Source of the DNA: Catajapyx aquilonaris
Taxonomy: Eukaryota
Assembly (NCBI GenBank): GCA_000934665.2
Contig: KZ538924.1
Coordinates: 1-40,352, forward strand
Length of the DNA: 40,352 nucleotides
Direction: 5' to 3'
The first letter of the stretch is position 1, and every line of letters begins with the position of its first letter. The notes beneath the pieces are model-generated. The model was not told where the DNA came from. It did no database searches and worked only from the letters and a program-made list of their open reading frames with translations. The translations under genes were made by a program, and so were the position numbers. Shown here one piece after another: positions 21,468 to 40,352 of this stretch.

Positions 21468-23357
21468 CCTTCATCCGCCCTGCACTATCGCAGCATCGCG
21501 TCTTGGACCCGCCAACGTCTTCGCTGCTGCTCCTCCTGCTTCTGGAACCCGATTGAATCCAATCCCTCGGAAGTAGCTGCTCTAAAAGACTTGTCAAATT
21601 ACGCAACCCAGGCCCTCCCACTCCATCGGGGTGTGTGTATGTGGGAGGTGTGGGGATGGGAGTTTGCGGGGGGTGGCAGGGAGGGAGGGGGAGGGGGGGG
21701 GGTTTGTTTAGAGAAGGGTGGTTGTGGTGGGGTTGTGGGTGGTAGGGATGTTCACCAAAAACCAGAACTTCCCTGTCACGAAATGAGGTCTGATTTTCTC
21801 CTGGAATGCCCCCCGCCTCTTTATGACCCCCTATTTTTACCATTTTTTCTTTTGAACGTGTTTGTGACCAGACTTGCGTCATCCGGTTCTATTGCATTGC
21901 ACCCAGAAGAAAAAAAAGAGGAATAGAAAAATGCGAACTAATGCGACGCTCAAGGGCGCCGGATGAAGCTCACCAGCGTCGCAAAGCAATTGCCACTGAC
22001 ATTGATGGGCTTGGAGTATATAAACAGGGGATGGTTGAAGGGGGGGTGGAGGCGAAGGTTAGGCTAAGTGCAAGGCCAAACATGTTCCCCCTTAAAGAGA
22101 CTAATCCGTTTCTGCAAGCTTCCTCCAAAATAGTGCTTCTGATCAGCCTCCCACATATCTCAGCGCTCCACTGCTTTGCCAAAAAAACAAAACAAAAAAA
22201 AAAACCTAAAAGAAGGAAGTGGCAAGTGTTACGAAGTGGCGACAAGTGTTAAGGCCCATCCTCGGAAAAAACACGTGTCGACCCAGATGCTTTCGTAATC
22301 CTAGAAGGCGGTACCTCTGGCTACGCCACCCACGAGCAGCGTCGATACGAGGTCGTATATGTGTGCGATGACTTATAAATAGATATAACTACATACGTGG
22401 TAAGGGACATGTCGGATGATACTGAAGGTGGGGATTTGAAAGGCGGAAACGTGGAAAAGGAAGTGACTAAAGGGGTAATTTTAGCCCCGAAAAAGGGAAC
22501 GGCAGAAGAGACCTTGCGTGATTGTTCTCTTTTCCGCTGCCATCCGTCGCAAAAAAAAAAGGGGAGGNGGGGGGGGGGGGGGAAGAGGTAGTTATGCGTA
22601 GGCACACCTATACTTAAAAGTTTGCTAAAAACATTGGAGATTATGAAGTTTCTCTTTCCCATACGAGGTCAATGTACGCATATGTGGAATGCGACAAATC
22701 GTAATTAAACTGTAGGTATTTTGGAACACGGAGGAAGGCAGGACACCGCCGTCAGACCGCAGCACTTACCCACCCTTCACAGTCTCGGCTGACCGTGGTC
22801 TCGGCCGATCTCGGCTTCTATTCTGCCCGCAGTAAACGCACGTCGTAATATGCACATGTGTATACGATCGTTATACGGATGATGTTCACATGATAGTCAT
22901 GAATGGGCTAACGGCCCGAAGTATCGTGGAGCACTAATCAACATAAATATCGTCAAGGTGCCCTAGGTCAGGTTCTAGGCTGCATGAGTGCATCCTAACC
23001 TGGCTTATTTTCAGGACCCCAGATCATTGAGAGCAAGGTCACTAGAGATATAGGGAATGTGTGCATGGACCTTTTTTTTTGGGGGGGGGGGGGGGNTCAT
23101 ATTTATAATAACTATGGGCCTTTAACCCCAATTATTGTAAAGTCAGTCAGTGAGGTGAGGCATTAAAGCGGCTTATAATTTGACTTACACATATGAAATT
23201 AATATGAAGTATAGTTACAAAACCGGTCATGCGGGGTAGTGTAATATTTGCATCTTGGTATTGCTTTGCAGTGATGGAAGATGAGGGCTTGTGACGAAAA
23301 CACCTTACCCCTCATTAATTTACTCACACTCCGCCGCATTAAATGCATCTATATGTA

Positions 23358-23919
23358 CACTTGAATCCGGATATAACAGCCTCGAACGACCGGCCCCGGC
23401 GCTCTTCCATAAGGCCCTGTGCAGTTTTACTTCTGATGCAAGAGACTAATTTCACCTCATCTCGGCTATCTATAACAGACCATTTCTTGGCCACTCGGTG
23501 GGAAAATATGCGGCATTTGATTACGCAGGGTCCTTTTCCTCGAGAGGAAAGCACTGCATAATGGAGATTTGGTGCTTTCCTCATCTGTCACTGATCTAAC
23601 ACTTGCCAAAATTGTCAAAATCATTTTTTTTTCTGGTATAGGATATTATTTTGTCAAGGACGAGACTGCTGAAGAAAATGACGTATTCTTTTTGGTCCTG
23701 CCTAAGTTACTGGTGAGCTAATTTTGCATGTTTGTGGATAGTTTCATTTCATTAATCAGCATGCAGTAGTATTTGGTAGTATGCATTAAACCACAATTAT
23801 TAAGGCAGAAAACTTGTGTTTTTGTAAAGTGGCGATTTGGCTATAATAACAGACCTCGGTTATAATAACAGACGGATTTTCTAGGTCCCACTGCATTCTG
23901 TTATATCAGGATTCAACTC
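23358..23919. mobile_element. pogo/Tigger-like MITE
   Basis: TA|CACTTGAATCCGGATATAACAG ... CTGTTATATCAGGATTCAACTC|TA, with internal repeats of TATAA(T)AACAGAC. Confidence 0.75.
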
Positions 23920-25294
23920 TATATTACAATAAATCGTGGCAGAGTGCTGGAACGGCTGGCATCAGATGGGAGCCGACCTCGATGAACTGGCGAAGGAAGG
24001 TCGGGCCGCCGCCGAAAGGCATGTGGGCAGCCTAGTGAGAGTGACGCAAAGGAGCGAGGGGAGAGAGTAAGAAGGAAAATCGACCTCCCAGGATACAACT
24101 GTGTGACGATGCCATCACGAATAGGTCTTCGTCCTTTCCTATATGCAAGACATCGTAAAGGCCAATATGACGTATTTTGTATTTATGCCTGGTATTTCAC
24201 TGATTTTGACCCATACGCCCGTTTGTAATTTGTCATACATGCCTGATTTTTTAAAAAAGTAAGCAGCAATGACATCTGATGAGTTAAAAATACATGGATA
24301 TACGGGCTACTTGTATGGGTCGCCAGGGTCGGTACCACGCTCACATGTACAATACTGGGCTGGTACAATTTTTTCCGTCTTTACTTGCATATGATGACAA
24401 TGCTGTAAAATCTGTGTGCAGTAGTAGCCTACAATAATAAAGACTGATATTTACGTAAAATGCCGCAGCTTATTCGTTGCTTCTGTTGGGACAGGTCAGT
24501 TTATTAGTAGCGTGCCTGGTCTCTTCTCTCGCAGCAGACACCATGGTACCTGCCCAGTTTCATTCATCACCCGTTTGCGTGTGGTCCCCTCAAGTTCCTG
24601 AAACCCGAAGTTGATTACTCCGGCAGGCAGCCTTTCGTCATGCGCACCTGAACAGCAATATCTTAAATCCCCCGCTTCCCACCCTCGGGAGAATCAATCA
24701 TGGCCGCCCACCCGCTCCTCCACCTGTCATGTTTATTACACGATCCATGCCCGGATAATAAGGCGGGGGCGGCGGGGGAGGAGACGTAGCTGTGTGCGGG
24801 GGTGGTGTAGATCAGGAAGGGTAGTGTGGGGTAGGAGGGTGTGTGTGTGGTGTGTGCGCGACACAAGCTGCGCGCGGCGGCCAGCCTGCGAAGTAGTAAT
24901 AATCGCTGCGAGCGAGTCTGGTTGCCGGTGGTTGGGTTGGGAGGGGTAGGGGAGGGCTGGCTGCTGGCTGCTGGACCACAGAGACCACAGTCTACAGAGG
25001 GGGGCGTCGCCACGGTTGCCTGCTCCCTGGCTGGCTGCTGCACGGCCTTGTCTGCTGCAGTCCTCGAGGCAACTTGCGGAACACACTTTGCGGGAGGGTG
25101 GGGTAGGGAGGAGGGGGAAGGAGGGAGGGAGGGGGGCACACAAGGGGGAGGAGGAGGAGGAGGACAGGTTGTTCTTCTCCAAGCCGGAGGAGAGAAGAGG
25201 AGAAAAGGTGGGGGGTGCGCGTGTGCCACGGGGGCCGCCCCTCGACCCCGCGCCCGCCGGTTAGGCTGCAGCGGTGTAGCCCAAACTGGAACTC

Positions 25295-36070
<10,776 letters not shown>

Positions 36071-38700
36071 TTGGACCACCCCAGAGATGGAGGAGAACTG
36101 AAGAATAGAGGGCAATTCAAGTAGAGAACATAACACAGGAGGAGAGTGGACTCCTTGGCTGCTGGACGGCCGGCTTGGGAAACCATAACATGGGGTGGCC
36201 TGGAGGGACGAAAAAAGGAACAGTACAATCTCTCTCACTCTCCCTCTCTCTCGCTCTCTCTCTCTAGGCAAAGAGGGACAGTTTTTTATGCTTCTGCTTT
36301 TCGTACCAAACCAAATTCCCCAGTCCCAGTGCCCTGTGTGTTTTTTGAGGGTGATTTTTTCACCCACTTTTGCCAAATCTCTTGATCACCCCTCTCCCCA
36401 TAAAACCACTGCTTCTTCTCTTCCATCTTCACAAAACTGGTCTTTTCTGTATGGAACAAAAGATGTTGTTTGTGGGTGAATGTGGTCTTCCCTTGTGCAA
36501 TTTTGTTTTATTGGTCAGTAGTTTGTTTCATCACCATTTCTTTAGAGTGAATACCAAACTGAGGAGCTTACCTGCTGCACATGGGAGTTTTTCTTGGTAA
36601 TCTGGCTGGTCGCACTTTGGCAATTAAAGAAATCAAATTGAAAATAAAATTTAAAAATTCAAGTGGGATGGCCCATATTGGTAAGTAAGTTTCTCAATTG
36701 AATGACTGATTTGGGTAAGGTGTAAGATGCTGAGGGTTGAAATTCAGTTCAGCTTGTCAGTGTTTGTGCAGACTGTTCCATAGACTTAATGCCTTTGCAC
36801 TTATGTCCTTTTCAAAATCAGCAACCCAGTATTGGCCTATTGCAAGCTCATGTTCCGAAATATGTTTTGGGGGGGGGGGGGGGGNGGGGGGGGGGGGGAT
36901 GGATTTGGAACTGAGTCTGCATTGTTACGTATTATAGCATTTTGAAATAATTATTAATTGTTTTGGCTGTCGCATTTGTGCAGTATTATTGCTCCTTGTT
37001 TTCTCTTGTGGATGTTGTTGCAGTGGAACTGTTCACGACATTCAAACAAACAAGGTCAAAAGCACCACTTGTCAAATTACATTATTTATACAAATTTGAG
37101 TTTGATGCGGCAAGTTGTAATCATGGGGGGGAAATAATAATTTTAGATGAGGTTTTGGGTGGGGCAGGGGGATGGAAATGATAAGGGCAGATGACCCCTT
37201 GACTTGTCTGTTTCCTAACATATCCTCTCAGGGATGAGCTGTTTCAGTAGGGTTGGTTTCTGTTGTTGTTTTTTTATTCTTCAAATGCCTGTGATTTGTG
37301 TATGTACCAGATTTCTAGTGCAATTTTCATGGTTTTGCACCGACTTAATTAACAATTAGAAATAATATTGGAGGCCGCGGAGGGAATTTTAAAATCCTTT
37401 TAGCTTCCAGTTAGGGAGAGGGAAGGGATTACGAAATAATGATTTTAGCCCGTCTTCCGATTCCTAATACCCAATTTAAAAAATGTAGAAAGAAACAAGT
37501 CCCTCAAGTGCTTCTCTCTCCGGATAAGTTTCATGACTTTTCCCAGTTAGTTGTAATAATATTGTACAAGATGACAAGCTGGGAGTCACAAGTGCTCAGC
37601 AGCAATCAAGGCGTATGTACAGTGTACATTTATGAGTTATTGCTACTTTAATATTTTTTTTCTGAATCCTTTTGCCCCTGTCAAATGTGTGTGTGGAAGA
37701 GTGTGAAATTGCAGTGAATCTGGAAGCAAGTAGAGTGGAACCGAAAGCAGACCTCCTACCCTACCAGTCCCCACCCCCTGCTTAAAATATGGAATTCTCC
37801 CTGGGTGACAAGCAAGGGGAAAGTTACTTCAAAATGATTCTAACTGTGGTGGCATAGGACATAAAAGAAAAACAAACAAATGCCAAAAAAAAAATGTCAG
37901 TGTGGGTGTATGTTCGTATTATCATAGGTAACTTATTTTCACTCTTATGTACATTTTTTGCGTACGGACTGAGTACAGTATACTACTACTGGAGTATCCA
38001 TGTGCGTGAGTGTGTTTTCTCATGTGTGATCCCTTCCCCCACCAAAGCCAAACATTTGTGTAAAACTGCCGATTTGACTAAAGCGAATGCCAGGTTCTCG
38101 ATGTGCTCAAAACTTTGCTTGTTTTGTCCCTACCCTTTCATTTTCTAGCAAGGATGACACCATAGTTATAAGTAAAATGCCTCCCAGAGATACACTAGAA
38201 ATTCTCCAAGTATCACAAAAATTGTGGCATATGCATTCTTGAATCTATGCATAAAATGAACTATTTTTCAACAAATTCAACAGTTGTAGTTCCATAAGTA
38301 GAGGTCTCTGCCTTAGCCATTGAGCTCACCTACTCTGGTTTGGTTCATGGTAGCAAGTGAGACTTTGTGACATTGCCTTGCTGGGTAAGAAAGCTGAGAA
38401 TTTTTGGGTTTCCTCTCATTGTCAGATGAGATTACCCATTGTTGGAGATTATTATCTAACCATACTGTACACAGGGTACAGAACAGGTACAGAAGATGCA
38501 ACTGAAAGCTGAAGACTTTGTACTTTGTCAGATCTTTTATTTTCAATGTTTAGTATCCCATTAGCCACAAAATGCTGTGCATGACTTCAATAAAATTATT
38601 GAATATTACTGACTGTACGATATCGTTCAAAACGATAGAGAGGATTTTACATTGAAGCCAAATAAATACAAAATCGTCTCCCATCTTTATGAGCGATACA

Positions 38701-39414
38701 CAGGGTGATCCGTTTGGGTAGGGATAATTTAAATTATGTATCACAATCAACACAAAAGCTGTATGAAGTTGAAATTCTGCCAGTTTGGTGAGGTAAGATG
38801 GGAGATTCTTNCCCCCCCCCCCCCCTTGTCAGTGCGCCTACATCGTGACCAAAGAGGCTGGATGTGGCGTAACCAGCTGTACAGACCTTTTTTCTCTCTG
38901 AGGACACAATACCACCAGGACCATACTTTGACATTCTAGGATCTTCTTGGTACCACAACTGAACAACAATGTCATTTTCCAGCAAGATGGGGCCTCACCC
39001 CACTGGTGACTGGAATTCAGGAAGGTCAACAACACTTTCTACAATAATTGCGCTGGTGTGGTTGTGGTGGTCATATTCCTTGGCCTGCAAACTCCCTGGA
39101 TCGCTCTCCTCCTGATTTCTTTGTGTGTGGTTTGTCATCTACGGAAAACGACCTCAAAGCCTGGATGACCTGGAGGTGAAAATTTCTGTACCGTCCCCTC
39201 AAATCACTCTGAAAATGTTACAAAACACGTGGCAGGAATTGGGTACCTGATATCAACTCGACTGACAGTGAGTACGCAAAGGGGGACATGTGGAGACCTA
39301 GACAAATTCCCTCTCGTAAAGGTAATCTCTCCCTAATTTGGATCAATTCTGTCTGTTACATACAACACTTACCACAGCATGTTAAAATGATCCCTACCCA
39401 AATGGATCACCCTG
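38701..39414 (+). mobile_element. Internally deleted Tc1/mariner-superfamily transposon (possibly DD41D/rosa-like) with decayed transposase
   Basis: ~30-bp TIRs CAGGGTGATCCGTTTGGGTAGGGAT / ATCCCTACCCAAATGGATCACCCTG|TA. Transposase remnants FQQDGASPHW* (from 38977) and WPANSLDRSPPDFFVCG (from 39081), with stops and frameshifts. Confidence 0.85.
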
Positions 39415-39629
39415 TAGTACTGTACATCAAAGCACTTGTGCAAGATACTGTACTGTACCACTTTATTACATGTTTAGGCCACGAGACATTGCTTCCTGGA
39501 TGGCATTCCTCTCCACTAGGGCAGGATCAGTATCTAAAACTAAATTGACTTACTGTAAATACCACACGTATGATTCAGACTGATTCAGACCATTTGGTAC
39601 TACAGTACTTCGCGCGCTGTCTCTCCTGA

Positions 39630-39780
39630 AGGGTTGCCAGACGAATGAGGGAAAATTGTAAAATGAATATTGTTTATTTTGACAAGCCAACATTTTTCAT
39701 AGACATATTTATGCTCCAATAATGGCCACCGATTAAGTTAGTGCGCGATTTTAAAGTACACGGCCTTCATCTGGCAACAC
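39630..39780. promoter_or_regulatory. Candidate promoter of the right-edge gene (inverted TGGCAAC motifs), or a small MITE relic
   Basis: GGGTTGCCAGACGAA (39631) and TTCATCTGGCAACAC (39766-39780) are inverted and CpG-rich, about 150-300 bp upstream of the putative ATG. They resemble the TGGYAAC motif of arthropod housekeeping promoters. Confidence 0.35.
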
Positions 39781-39931
39781 CACCAATTGGCGTTCCAGGG
39801 CTTCAGTTGGCGTGGTTGACTTCAGATTGTTCCTGTCAAGGTTCCTGTCTTCCTAACATCAAGCTTCATAACGTTCATTTGAGTTGAGGAAGTTCGGCAG
39901 TTCTTCGCCTTGCCATCCTTCTCGGTTTGAC

Positions 39932-40352
39932 ATGGCATATCGTTGCCTGCCCGGATCATCGCCAGCTATTGGTAAGTGGCATTACACTGAAGTTGATTTC
40001 ATGTGAGTATGGAGACAAATTGACGTCAGGGATGGTATGTGATGGGTTACTTTTGAAATAAATAAATCGTTTAGGTAAGCAAGATCAGCCTCCAGAGGAT
40101 TTTGAGGATTCGTCAGCTTCTTCAAAGAGGGAAGAAACTGAGGGTCCTCGTAACAGTGCATCAGCATCAGAAGTAGCATTTGCTGCGCCCATGAATTCCC
40201 ACAAGAAAGGCGACGAGTCAGCAGCAAGACTTGTAACAGAAGCAACTATGACCACAGTAGTATCCCACGGCTTATTACGGCGACACATGGAAAAATTCCG
40301 CAGTGGCGCCACCGTCTATGCGAGTTTAACATGGGAAAGCGCCACTGCGGCC
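39932..40352 (+). CDS. Probable first coding exons of an unidentified gene, truncated by the window edge
   Basis: ATG at 39932; exon 39932-39971 (MAYRCLPGSSPAI) ends at G|GTAAGT. The acceptor TTTAG|40075 restores phase 1 and gives an open frame to the window end (GKQDQPPEDFEDSSASSKREE...). No recognisable domain. Confidence 0.5.

Overview
Eukaryotic, arthropod-like genomic DNA with three intron-containing genes that can be reconstructed exon by exon: the 3' part of a DOCK-A Rac-GEF (DOCK1/myoblast city-like, + strand, 653-11936), a lysyl oxidase-like gene with two SRCR domains (- strand, 21467-13948), and a GRK4/5/6-class receptor kinase (Gprk2-like, + strand, 25295-36070). The first exons of a probable fourth gene lie at the right edge. 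Introns and intergenic DNA carry tRNA-derived SINEs, several MITE families and a decayed Tc1/mariner element. The most unusual signal is that several introns contain long, nested, imperfect fold-backs starting just after the splice donor. Their mismatches are mostly G-U wobbles on the transcribed strand, which suggests a recurring pre-mRNA intron architecture. One of these introns has a U12-type donor and a SINE inserted at the predicted hairpin apex; another carries a degenerate hammerhead-like junction. All pairings were found by eye and need computational confirmation.
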